This document shows, piece by piece, positions 15,482 through 27,500 of a DNA stretch of 64,000 nt. Under the pieces are notes generated by a model that had not been told where the DNA came from, searched no databases, and saw nothing but the letters and a program-made list of their open reading frames with translations. The stretch is from the human T2T-CHM13v2.0 reference genome, Homo sapiens. Numbering within the stretch: position 1 is the stretch's first letter; every line of letters begins with the position of its first letter. The position numbers and the translations under genes were made by a program. The stretch lies in the NCBI RefSeq assembly GCF_009914755.1, contig NC_060927.1. The stretch is one strand, 5' to 3'.

Positions 15482-16665
15482 TGTATTAGTTAGGGTTCTC
15501 CAGAGGGACAGAATAGGATATATGTATATATGAAAGGGAGTTTATTAGAAAGAATTGGCTCACATGATCACAAGGTGAAGTTCCATCATAGACAGTCCAT
15601 CTGCAAGCTGAGGGAGAAAGAAGCCAGAAGTGGCTCAGTCTGAATCCAAAAGTCTCAAAAGTAGGGAAGTCGACAGTGCAGCCTTCAGTCTGTGGCTGAA
15701 GTGCGAGACCCCCCAACCCCACCCCAGCAAACCACTGGTGTAAGTCCAAGAGTCCAAAGGCCGAAGAACCCGGAGTTTGATGTCCAAGGGCAGGAAGAAC
15801 GGAAGGAAGCATCCAGCACAGGGAAAGATAAAAACCAGAAGACTCGGCAAGCCAGCTTAACTCCTACCTTCTTCCACTCGTTTTGTTCTACCACTGGCAA
15901 TCGACTGGATGGTGCCCACCCACAATGAGGGTGGGTCTACCTCTCCGAGTCCACTGACTCAAATGCTAATCTCTTCTGGCAACAACCTCACAGACACACT
16001 CAGAAACAATACTTTAATCAGCTACCTAGGCATCGTTTGTTGGGAGAAAAGCTGAGTGTTGGGAGAGAGGCTGAGGTGGGTCTTGTATGTCTGACATAAT
16101 ATAAAAGAGTCTTGGAACATGTCCGGGGTCCAGAGTCTAAAACCCCTCATGGCCTTTGGAACACCAAGCTCTGTGCTAAAGCATGGAAGACTACCCTGAC
16201 ACACCATAATATAAGCCCAGGGCATAAAACCCCTCGTGGCTTGGATAGAATCCAGGGCTCGTGATTCTGGAATAGACTTGCTGGCTCCTTGCTCCTTGGT
16301 CTCCCAGAACTGATTGTATCCTGAGTTAGAAGAACCTGCTCTCCATCATCTCATGTAGCAGAGCATATGCTAAACCATTACAGCTGTAAATCATGTGCTT
16401 AATGCAACACGCCCTTTCGCCCCCCACATTCTCACCACCTGTTTCTTTGTTTGATCACCAATAAATAGTCTGGGCTTCCAGAGCTCGTGGCCTTTGCAGC
16501 CTCCATACTTAGCAATGGTCCCCTGTTCCCACTTTCTCTCTCAAACTGTCTTTTCTCATTCCTTTGACTCCACTGGACTTCGTCACCCCCATGACCTGGT
16601 GTTGGGTCCAATCACCCCAACATCCTTCAATACAATCAAGTTGACACCTAATATTAACCATCACA
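15482..16665 (-). mobile_element. MLT2A/B-type ERVL solo LTR, split by LTR14B-like insertion
   Basis: tgtattagttagggttctccagagggacagaa end; resumes at 16623 tccttcaatacaatcaagttgacacctaatattaaccatcaca. Confidence 0.9.
16038..16622 (+). mobile_element. ERVK-class solo LTR, LTR14B-like (HERV-K14/HML-1)
   Basis: TG...CA termini (tgttgggagaaaagctgag ... atcaccccaaca), internal aataaa, flanking tcgtt/tcctt TSD. Confidence 0.78.
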
Positions 16666-16669
16666 CTAT

Positions 16670-17125
16670 TCTTATAAAAAGAGGAAATTCTGCCATTTGA
16701 CATGCCATGAATAAACCAGGAAGACATTATGCTAAATGAAATCAGCCAGACACAGGAAGAAAAATAGTGCATTTTTTAAAAAAGTGATATATAAAGAGAA
16801 AATAAAACAGCAATTACCATGGTCATGGTAGGGTAGTGGCAAGAAATGAGAAATGTAAGTCAAAGAATATAAAACAGTAGATATGTCGGATAAACAAGTC
16901 TAGAGATCTAAGCTACAATATGAGGGCTATAGTTAATAATAATGTAATATATTTGGGATTTTGACTAACTGAATAGATTATAGCTACTCTTGCCGCACAC
17001 ACTTACAAAAATATGTAGAACAAAGTGCAATGTTGTATATGTTAACTCGCTTCACTATAGTAATTTTTCACTATTTGAATATCATAGTATCTTATATACT
17101 TTATACACAATAAAATTTATTTTTA
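16670..17125 (+). mobile_element. L1MA7/8-like 3' end, part 2
   Basis: ggaaattctgccatttgacatgccatgaataaacc; aacaagtctagagatctaa...tgagggctatagttaataat; cacaataaaatttattttt. Confidence 0.8.
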
Positions 17126-17139
17126 AGTAATACTTTATA

Positions 17140-17950
17140 AAGAAATCTGGAGTTATTACATTAGTGCCACCATAGGTAGATTTCAGATCAAAGGAAATTA
17201 AATTAAATAAGATCATTTTATGATTGATAAAGTAGTCAATTTATTGAACAGACATATGAAATGCTTAAGTTTTATACAACCAATGACAGAGTTTAAAATT
17301 AAAAGAAATGGAGACTGATAGAATAGCAAAATAAGGTGTACAATGGACATAGAGGGTGGAAACTTTTAAGGGTAGGAATCTAGGAGGAGAGTGAGGGATG
17401 AGAAATTACTTAATAGGTACAAGATACACTGTTCGGGTGATGCTTACAATAAAAGCCCAGAGTTTACCAATATGCAATATATCCTTGTAACAAAACTGCA
17501 CTCGTAGCCCTTAAATTTATATAAATGAAAAGAAAATCAGTAAGCATATCAAAAATTTGAACAACTTGACCTAACTGATAATTGCAGAAGATACTATGCA
17601 AAGCCAAGAGTTCATATTGTTTTCAAGTGTACTCAATATAATTATAGGGATGGATCATATTGTAAACTATAAAATAAGTCTTTATATGTTTAAAATAACA
17701 AATTGTCCAAACTATTTTCTCACAATGATGAAATTAAACTTGGAATAAATAACAGAAATATCTCCATGAACTACAGAAATAGTTGAAAACTAAATCCACA
17801 TTGCAAAATAACACAGTGTTCAAAAAGAAAACTCCAAAATCAATTAGAGAGTATTTTGAACTGAATAAAAATTCAATTTTGTAAACTTTTATTGATTCTA
17901 TTAGAGCAGTAATTAGGGGAAGAATTCATAATATTAAACTTCTGTGTTAG
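17140..17950 (+). mobile_element. Ancient L1M ORF2 endonuclease region, interrupted at 17338-17535
   Basis: gtagatttcagatcaaagg; aacaacttgacctaactga; ctcacaatgatgaaattaaacttggaataaataacag. Confidence 0.65.
17338..17535 (+). mobile_element. L1PB4/L1MA1-3-like short 3' end
   Basis: gagggatgagaaattacttaataggtaca...tatgcaatatatccttgtaacaaaactgcactcgtagccc. Confidence 0.75.
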
Positions 17951-18089
17951 CTTGATTTATTTATTATTCAAGGCATTTATATGTCAAAAATCACACTGTA
18001 CCTTATAAATATATACAATAAAAGTGCTACTTGCTCACCATATTGAAAAGGAATATGTAATAAAGAGGACTACTTGTTCTGAAATTGTA

Positions 18090-18848
18090 ATATAGAGGCA
18101 AAGTGTCTCACTCCTTCCCACAGAAAACCGAAATCAAATGTGCAATGTAGACATTATCACTAGCAATATCCTAGAAGTTAAATACTCAAATATGAGGAGA
18201 CAATTCCTATGGTACAGAGAAATAAAAAACCTAAAAGATGCTAAGAGAGTTGGACTACCATATCCATGACGCCTCTCTTCCAAGTTTACCCATCACCAAG
18301 AGCGCAGAAAGTTTTCCTCTGACTCACAGTTTCTAACTTAAAAAGGTAATATTAAGTTGGACAAATAGTTTCCCCATCATCTTGGGTTGCCTGGCAGGAC
18401 ACCTATCTCTACCTCAACCCACAGAAAGCATTGCGGGTATCTGAAGAAAGGAATATCCCCAAGGACAGCCAGAAACAAAGGAAGCAAGGGGAGACGACTA
18501 GCCCCAGACCTGGAAACTCTGCTCTGTGATTTAGCCAAAGGAGACATCAAATTGAAGTGGCGGTTCCATAGCATCATGCTAAAGGAGGTTTGTTTCACAG
18601 GTTTCCTGAACATGAACCCCTAGACAGCCTTCTCATACTACCAAGATATTCCCTTTGGTACATCTTCCATTCAGGACAAGTGGCCCTCTGATTGTTTCCT
18701 AGAACCTAGGCAAACTGGGGCTTATTGTGTCATCCAGTGCTGAAAAGGAAGGAGTGACCTAATGACGGAAAAAGATGGAAAATCATAAGGAAAATGTTAA
18801 ACAATCTCTAGGCAAATACATCCAATTAAAAAAATGGAACAAGACAGG
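18090..18848 (+). mobile_element. Probable 5'UTR of the L1MA element continuing at 22837
   Basis: Lies upstream of ORF1-like sequence once the provirus is removed; family recognition weak. Confidence 0.4.
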
Positions 18849-19208
18849 TGTTAAAGGAAACTAAATAAGGTACGAGAAGGACTCGGTTCTTCTATATTTG
18901 AGTCCTTGTAGACAAACTGCAACCTAACTTAATAGGTAAGCTGTACTTAAGTAATACAATGTTGAGTGTTCAAACTGTGTTCAAATATGGTAAATGTGAA
19001 CCTGAAACCAATTCAGCTCTTTCTGTACGTCACCTCCAATTTCCGTACGTCGTTTCCCTTTTTTTGTCTGTAAATTTATTCTGACGATGAGGTGCCCCTG
19101 GAATCTCTCTGAATCTGCTGTGATTCTGGGGGCTGCATGATTCTTGAATCATTCATTGCTAAATTAAACTTCTTCAAAGTTAATTTGGTTAAAGTTTTTA
19201 TTTTAACA
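18849..19208 (+). repeat. 5' LTR (MER57A1-like), 360 bp
   Basis: tgttaaaggaaactaaataaggtacgagaaggactc ... ttttattttaaca; homologous to 22405-22836. Confidence 0.9.
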
Positions 19209-19210
19209 GA

Positions 19211-19228
19211 TGGTATCAGAAGTGGGAT
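19211..19228 (+). promoter_or_regulatory. Retroviral primer-binding site, tRNA-Leu
   Basis: tggtatcagaagtgggat, 2 nt after the LTR; one mismatch to the complement of the tRNA-Leu 3' end (tggtgtcagaagtgggat). Confidence 0.88.
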
Positions 19229-20819
19229 TATAACAGGTAATTGGAACTGCTAAAAAAAGTTTTACATGCAAGGTGTATGAAGAGAGTGAAATGGTGCTTT
19301 TGGTAAAAGATTATAAGAAGGCATGGGAAGGTAAATTTTTGCCTAAGGGGTTAAAGGATTTTTACATTAGATAAGATAAAGCTAAATGTTTGAGCAAGTT
19401 GTGGAAGGTTTGTAAAAATTAATCTGGTAAATGAAATTCTGTGTGTCAACATACAGACTAAATTTAAAGGAGTATTGTTTGTTATTTTGTAAATTAAACA
19501 TTGAAATAAAAAGCACAACAGGGTTTTCTTAAAACTCTAATCTGCTTATTCACAAAAATTGTAAAAGGTTTATAAGAACCTCACCTCATGGTCAGACTGG
19601 TTATGCATAATATCAAGTGTTTTAAACCTTTAAGGTATTTGATAGGCGTCCCCAGATAAATTTCAGCTTCAAAATTGTCTTTTCTGACCTCCAACTTTGA
19701 GATGCCACAGAAGGCCCCTGAAGCATTCAAAACAGAGGTAAACAGGATTATTTGACATGTTTAGTTACATGGGAAACATTGTAAAAATTTTAAAAAAAAA
19801 GGTTAATCTTTTTCAGGTTATATTTTAGTGAATTATATTAATATATGTTCCAAAATTGTATGGATTTTCTAAAATTCTAATATGTCTGAGTATATTCTAT
19901 CAATCATAATTATGGTTATTGTGTTATTAGAGACCACAGAAATAAACAAGTTTCCTTGCCAATTGTGTCTTTATGACTATTTAAAGTCATTCCCATAGTT
20001 AATTGCTTAATGCTGATGCAGTTTCTGAAAGCTTCACAAGCACTCAGAATCCTAGAATATGTTGTCTTTTAGGAGATTCAGGAAAGGATGGAAAGGACTC
20101 TAAAAATCTATCTTGAATACAGGTTTCTAATAATTTTAAAATCATATCCTTTGAACTGGAACTTCAAGGAAAAGACTGACTGGTTTATAAAACTACTAAC
20201 CCAAGGAGAACAAAAATTAAATACCAAGAAAACACTTTTCCAGATTTTCATGTTAAATCAGCTGATATTGAAATTGTTTAGATGTACAATTTGAATGAAC
20301 TCCATAGTATATGTCAAATTACCTATGATAACCCATGTTATCAGTGCTATGCACCTAAAATGGAGAAACAACTGGTATGCAAGAGGGCATAAGTCCAACA
20401 TCAAACATGGACTCATGGAGAACCAGGACAGCCACCTTGTCTTTCTTGAGTCCTTAAAGCTTCTGTTACTAAAGATTCTGCATTCCACGACTTATCATGG
20501 AAAAGATAAAATGATCCACATTAAATACATATTTGTGTGGTGACTTATAAATTGCTGAAATAGTTTATAACTAATGTTTGGTTTGTTAAATCCATATTCC
20601 TGGGGAAACAGTTTCAGGTACATTTGGCTATGTGATGGGCCATTTAAACATTTACAAAGGGATTTCATTCAATTGTCATTTTCAATGCATGTTTTCTGAT
20701 TCTACAAAAGCTCTCTCATGCAAGAGGGCTGATGTTGTAACGGTAGATTATCATGTTACAGTGTATTTTCACCAGGTAAAGAAAGGTTTTTATGGTTCAC
20801 TGAAAATATTCAATCCCCT

Positions 20820-21010
20820 CACAATCTAGAACCCAAAGATTGGATCTTCTGAGAACATCAGAGAAAGACTGTCTTTGCCATCCACAGTGCAACAAAACTT
20901 CAGGATCTTGAACCTTGGGTTCATAATCTCATAACTGAGAGGGGTCTCTCCACACTCTTGGAGCTGTGCATATAGTGGAATCCTAAAAGAAAAGCCAACT
21001 AAGGAAGTCT
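20820..21010 (+). pseudogene. ERV pol integrase C-terminal remnant
   Basis: Translates as HNLEPKDWIF*EHQRKT and IHSATKLQDLEPWVH, like class I ERV integrase ends. Confidence 0.7.
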
Positions 21011-21374
21011 CTCCAACGATAATGGTATCCTGTATGTGAACAACTTTTCCTAAGACTTGATCAAGACTTCTACTGTCATCTGAATCTTATCTTTGAATGT
21101 ATTTTCCTTGTGTCTGTCTCTATGAACAATAGAAATAAAAGAGGGTCTGATGTGTGCACTTATGGATTATACTTCTATTTGTGAAGGATTTTGAAGCCAG
21201 CATTTTACATGGAAGAACTTACACTTCGAACGATACAAGATGAAGTCCCAATGTATGTGAGAAAATTTAATGGTACATATGTTGCTCATAATCCATCAGA
21301 AACAGAACACTGATTCACTCCTCTTAACCCACATCATGGGTTAAAGAGAACATTGCCAGGAAGCCTTCACTATT

Positions 21375-21880
21375 CTAGAAGGGCATCATTCGTTAGGTCC
21401 TTTTTCCATGGATTGGAATAAAGGAGGCAATAATTAGAAATGTATCCCTCATCATAGGCCCTATAGCAGATTCTACTGTAAAGGCTATAGTCATAAAATG
21501 GATTTTAAATTATCTTGTGAAAGTTAGGTTAAATATTACAATTGGCTAAACAGAAAAATATCTGTGCAGCTGCTGGTACTTGTGGCCTATGGAAAAATAC
21601 ATCAAATGTAGATTATAAAAATTCAGTTGTAGGGTATTAATGAAAAGACCACTTAGTTAAGCAAGTGCACTCTTCATCTAACTCATTCTTTGATGTATTT
21701 GATTTTAAGTGGTTTGGTTTGTGGAGACCTTGGGTAAGGAGCATGCTCCGAACTCTTCATATTCTCTTCCTGATAGTGATAATAATAGTCTTCCTGGTAT
21801 GCTGTATTATCTCAAAGGTTTTAAATATTTGCATGCAGCCATCTCTAGAATGTCAACTGGTCTCTATCCAACTGGAATGA
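21375..21880 (+). pseudogene. ERV env transmembrane-subunit remnant
   Basis: FPWIGIKEAIIRNVSLIIGPIADSTVKAI, LAKQKNICAAAGTCGLWKNTS (decayed ISD/CX6CC region), and ORF 21665-21880 with anchor ILFLIVIIIVFLVCCII. Confidence 0.78.
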
Positions 21881-22404
21881 CAAGAGCTGAAGGAAATGTG
21901 AGACCATGAGGACACCATAACCTATGAATGGCATGCTGAGACTGGAAACACAAAATGATGGTAACTGAGAGTGGTGAGAAGGCCGTAAGTTTTGATCACT
22001 CTCACCTAAATAAGAACCTGACCAAAAAGGGGGAATTTGTAAACAAAATTATAGGAGGCCATTTTTGTGGAGTGAGCTCATGTACTAGGCCCCAACAAAC
22101 AAACCAAACAAAAATGGAGATGCTCATTCTAAATGTGACATAATCAAACTAAGACTTTAAGGAAACACATAGGTCCTAGACTAGAATAGATTATGTTTTG
22201 TTTTTCTTTTATAAACAGGATGTTCCAGCATAAAGAGGTACCCTCTACTCTGTCCTTGTTCCTACCTTTGTAAAACTCACCGTTCTACTGTTTCCCAGTG
22301 GGTTTCAAGACCAAATAAGTACATTTACAATGATGATCATGACATCAACGACTAAAGTTATGGTCAATCTGGCAAAATTCAGAAAATGACCAAAAAGGGG
22401 GAAA

Positions 22405-22836
22405 TGTTAAAGCAAACTAAATATGGCTTGAGAAGGACTCTGTACTTTTACATTTGAGTCCTTGTAGATGAACTGAAGCCAAACTTAATAGATAGACAAG
22501 TTTGAAACCCTAACTTAGGAGTATGTGCCTGTAACAATAGCTGAGACTTAGCCAATCCCAGAAGCCATACTTCAACCAGTCATACACTGCTGAGTGTTCA
22601 AACTGTGTTCAAATAAGGTAAATGCCAACCTGTAACCAATCCAGCTGTTTCTGTACCTCATCTCTTATTTCTGTACATCACGTCCCTCTTTTTGTCTGTA
22701 AATTTGTTCTGACCACTAGGCATCCCTGGAGTCTCTCTGAATCTGCTGTGATTCTGGGGACTTCCAAGTTATTGAATCTTACATTGCTCAAATAAACTCC
22801 TTTAAATTTAATTCAGCTAACGTTTTTCTTTTAACA
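22405..22836 (+). repeat. 3' LTR (MER57A1-like), 432 bp, preceded by PPT aaaaagggggaaa
   Basis: tgttaaagcaaactaaatatggcttgagaaggactc ... tttttcttttaaca; two CCAAT motifs and aataaa at 22791. Confidence 0.92.
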
Positions 22837-25635
22837 CAGAAAATACTGAAATAACTAATTCTTCAATACAAAGACATAAATACATCTACAAGAAACAAGA
22901 GCAAATAGAGAGCTATGAAGTCTCTAAATAGACAAAGCAAGAAACCATTGACCAATCTTAATGAAAGAATTATATGTAAATCATCTGATGGAGAATTTAG
23001 AATAGAAATTTTTAGGAAACTTAAAGGTATTTTTATCAAATAGACATCTTTTCCTGTGATAATGAAAAACAAAGATGCCCACTTTCACCACTTTTAGTCA
23101 ACATAATAATGAAATCCCTGGCCAGTGCCACTGGATAAGAAAAAAAAAATTAGTGATTGATAATATAATACAGAAAAGCAATTCAGAAGTTTATCAGAGA
23201 AGATTTACAAAGACATTAAAATAATTTGTAAAAATGAATCAGATATCTTGGGAACTAAGAAATACATTGGCTAAACTGTAAAGTTTATTAGAGGCAATCA
23301 CCAGCAGAAGGAATCAAGCAGATGAAAGAACCAGTGATCTAGAAGATAGGCTATTAGAAAATACACAGTTAAAGGAGAAAAAAGAAAAAAAATGAAAGAA
23401 ATGAAGATTTGCTGAAAAGATATAGAAAATTACCTCAACAGACCAAATCTAAGAATTATCAGTGTCCAAGAGATAATTAGTATAGAGAAAGGAGAAACCT
23501 TATTCAAAAAAATAAAATATTAAAAGCCATCCCATTTGGAAAGGAGGAAGTCAAATTTGCCTTGTTCACAGATGACATGATCTTATGCTTAGAAAAAATT
23601 AAGACCACCAAAAATGTGTTAGCACTGATAAATTCCATAGAGTTGTAGGACACAAAATCAACATACAAGGATCATGAGCATTTATAAATGCCAAGAGAGA
23701 ATAATCTGAAAAATAAATCAAGAAAGCAATCCTATTTACAATAGCTACAATAAAATATAAAATACCTTGGAATCAATTTAATCAAAGAAGTTAAAAATCT
23801 ATATAAAGAAACCTATAAAACATTGATGAAACAAATTGAGGACACCTAAAAATGGAAAGATATTCCATTCTTCATGGATTGCAACATTTAATATTGTTGA
23901 AATGGCATTACTACCCACATCATTTTTCAGATTCAATGAAATTGCTATCAAAATATCAATGATATTATTCACAGAGATTGAAAAAATATTCAGCTTATAT
24001 GGAAACACAAATGACTAAATAGCCTAAGCAATCCTGAGGGGTGGAAAAAAAACCCAACAAAGCTAGAGGCATCACACTACCAAACTTCAAAATATATTAC
24101 AAAGCTATGGTAACCAAATTAACATGGTATTGGCAAAAGCAAGCAAACAAACAAACAAAAAAGGGAGCAGACAAATGAAACAGAATACATAACCTACATA
24201 TAAATCTATACATTTACACAGCCAATTTTTTTTTACAATGGTGCCAAGAATGTACAACGAGTAAAGGACAGTCTCTTTAATAAGTAGTGCTGGTAAAACT
24301 GGATAACCATATGCAGAAAAAAAAAAATGAAACTAGACCTCCTTCACCATAGTAAAATATCAATTCAAAATAAGGACCAATATGTAGGATCCAAACCTAT
24401 AAAATTTCTAGAAGAAAATGTAGAGAAAACACTTCAGAACATTGTTCTAGGTCACTATTTTATAGGTAAGACCACAAAAGCATAGGCAACACAAACAAAA
24501 ATAGACAAATTGGACTATATTAAACTAAAAAGCTTCTGAAAAGCTAAGAAAACAATCAACAAAGTCTAGAGACAACACACAGAATGACAGAAAGTATTTG
24601 CAAACTATGTCAGACAAGTTATTAATACCCAGAATATAAGAAGCTCAAATAAATTAATAGAAAAATATTCTGATTTTAAAATGGGCAAAAGATTGAATAC
24701 ACATTTCTCAAAGGAGGCATACAAATGACCTACAAGTACACAAAAAATGTTACACATTATTAATATTCAGATAAATGGAAATCAAAACCACAATGAAATA
24801 TCATATCACTCAGGTAAGATGGCTTCTTTATAAAAGACAGGGAATTGATGCTGGGTGGGATGTGGAAAAGGTGAATTCTCCTACACCATTGGTGGGAATA
24901 TAAATTAGTACAGCAAGAATGTAAAACTGTATGGGGGTTTCTCAAAGAAATAAAAATAGAAAAGCCATGTAACCCAGGAATTTTATTACTGGGAATATGC
25001 TCAATCTAGGGAAAATTAATGTACCAAAGACACATCTGCAAACCCATGTTTATTGAACATTTTTGGCTATTCACAATAGCCAAAATATGGAATCTAAGTG
25101 CCCAATAAAAGATGAAAAAACTTCATCAACACACAGTGAAATATTATTTATCTATACACAAGAATAAAATGTTGTCATTCGTCACGACATGGATAGAACT
25201 GGAGGTTATTACATCAAGTGAAAAAAGCCAGGCAAAGAAAGATATATATCACATATTGTCACCCACATATGGGAGCTAAAAAAGTGGATCTCATGAAAAT
25301 AGTGAGTAAATGATTGGTTACCAGAGGCTAGGAAGAGTAGGGTGGAGGGGGGATGAGAGAGATTGATTAATGTGTACTATTATACCATTTTATAAAAGAA
25401 AGAAGACTTAGTGTTTGATAGATCAGTAGGTTCACTATAGTTTATAATAATCTATTTTATATTTCAAAATAGCTGGATGAGAATAATTTGAATGTCTGTA
25501 ACTTAAGGACAAACATTTAATATCCATACCTATTAAACATATTTGGCCTTCACAAAGTATATGAATGTATTTAACTATCATGTTTCCCAAAAATATGTGC
25601 ATCTATTATCTATCAAGAAAAGTAAAATTTAAAAA
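22837..25635 (+). mobile_element. L1MA4/5-like element: ORF1 part, ORF2 3' half and 3'UTR, internally deleted
   Basis: ORF1-like agaaccagtgatctagaagatagg; RT ttgttcacagatgacatgatc (LFTDDMI); 3'UTR gatagatcagtaggttcactatagtt. Confidence 0.85.
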
Positions 25636-25639
25636 GAAA

Positions 25640-27070
25640 AAATAATAAATTAAAAACAATGTTAGAAGAAGACAGGAAATAGTAAATATCAGAGAGAAAT
25701 TCAATGAAATTGAAAATATAAAAATAATAGAGGAAATAAGTTAAATAAAAACCACAGTCTGTAAATCAATACAATTGATGAACCTCTGGTGATAGTCATC
25801 AGAAAAAAGTGAGAAAACAAAAATCATCTATATCAATGATATGGTTTGGCTGTGTCCCCACTCAAATCCCATCCTGAATTGTTTTTCTCCTAAGTCTTAT
25901 GTGTCATGGGAGGGACCTCCATGCTGTTCTCATGATAGTGGGTTCTCATGAGATCTAATACTTCCTGCCCCCACCCCCACTTCACTCTGCACTTCTCCTT
26001 GCTGTGGCCATGTGAAGAAGGATGTGTTTGCTTCCCCTTTTTCCATGATTGTAATTTTCCTGAGGCCTCCCCAGCCATGCTGAACTGTGAGTCAATGAAA
26101 CCTCTTTCTTTTATAAATTACCCAGTCTTGTGTGTGTATTTATTAGCAGTGTAAGAACAGACATATGCAATCAAACATGAGATAACATTTCTACATTTCC
26201 TGTATATAATTTAATGCATAAACATGTCAAAATTGCACTTGCTGTCAATGAATTATCCACCATTGATTAAATGAACATGTTTGTTGAAACAAACATACTA
26301 TTGAAGCTCATTCCACCTGAGGAAACAGATACCGTTACTAACCCATTAGCTGTTAAAATTGTTGGATTTTTAGTTAAAACTTTGCCATAATAAAAACTCC
26401 ATTTTCAGAAGACTCAATGCTGAATTCTACTAAAAATTTAAAAAATAAATAAGAGGAATTTTATCTAAAACCTTTCATAAAATTAACAAGCATAGAATAA
26501 TTTCCAGTTTATTCTAGGAGGCCAATACAATCCCAATACTGAAAATAAAGAAAAATATAACATAAAAAGAAAACTTCAGACGAATATTTCTCATGAATAT
26601 AAATGTAACTATTCTAAAATAATATTTAGCAAGCAAAATCTAACCAGGTATAAAACTGAAAACAACTCAAAGTCCATCAACACCTGAGTAGATACACAAC
26701 CTGTAGTGTATCCATGCAGTAAAATACTACTTAACATTAAAAAGAAATGCACATTAATACACAATACAAAATGGGTTAAATTTAAAATAATTATGCTAAT
26801 TGAAAAAGACCAAATAAAAATATAATACACATTGAGTGATTCCATGAATACACATTTCTAAAATATGCAAATTAAGGAAAACAGATAGTTGCCTCTGGTG
26901 TGTAGAGTAGGGATTATGAAGCATGGTAGAGAGTGGTGGTTTGACGAGATAACAAAGGAAACCTATAGGTAGGATGAATATTTTTATTTTCTTGATTATA
27001 GTTCTATGGCTTCATTATGGCTTAACAACAACTCAAAGCACATAATTAAATATTGTAAATATTTTAAATA
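25640..27070 (+). mobile_element. Ancient L1M ORF2 continuation and L1MC/ME-type 3' end, split by THE1
   Basis: agagaaattcaatgaaattgaaaa; aaaagaaaacttcagacgaatatttctcatgaatata; aacaactcaaagtccatcaac. Confidence 0.65.
25837..26169 (+). mobile_element. THE1 (B/C-like) MaLR solo LTR with small internal deletion
   Basis: tgatatggtttggctgtgtcccca start; perfect 5-bp TSD atcaa at 25832-25836 and 26170-26174. Confidence 0.93.
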
Positions 27071-27464
27071 TATTTTTATTATTCTTCTATAAATCTCTTT
27101 TTTTATCCATTAAAAAGATCTGGTAAAAGTCATGATGTCTCTCAAAGTGAAGAACAAAGTCTACAAACAACTGTAACAATTATGTTATGAGATAATACTA
27201 AATGTTTAGAGAAATGTCTAAAATAGATCCTGTAATTTTAAAATATGGGTCTTGCAATGCTAATTTAAGGTTTTTCATGATCTTGCGAATATCTATTAGT
27301 AGCTTCTAAATACAACTCGACTAAAATTTTACCATTTTTAAGTAATTGGCTCATTATGTAAAGAGATTGTGACAGTTATTTGGGGAAAGATATTTCTCTC
27401 AGGACACCATAAAGAAAGAAGGAGTTATCCATACACTAATCTAGATCAGAGGAGATGCACTGAG

Positions 27465-27500
27465 AAAACAAAACAAAACAAAACGAAACAAAACAAAAAC
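27465..27500 (+). repeat. (AAAAC)n microsatellite
   Basis: aaaacaaaacaaaacaaaacgaaacaaaacaaaaac. Confidence 0.9.

Larger units (their letters stand above)
18849..22836 (+). mobile_element. MER57A-type ERV1 provirus, internally deleted (LTR-int-LTR)
   Basis: Two homologous LTRs with TG...CA ends, PBS, PPT, 4-bp TSD cagg/caga, pol and env remnants. Confidence 0.9.
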
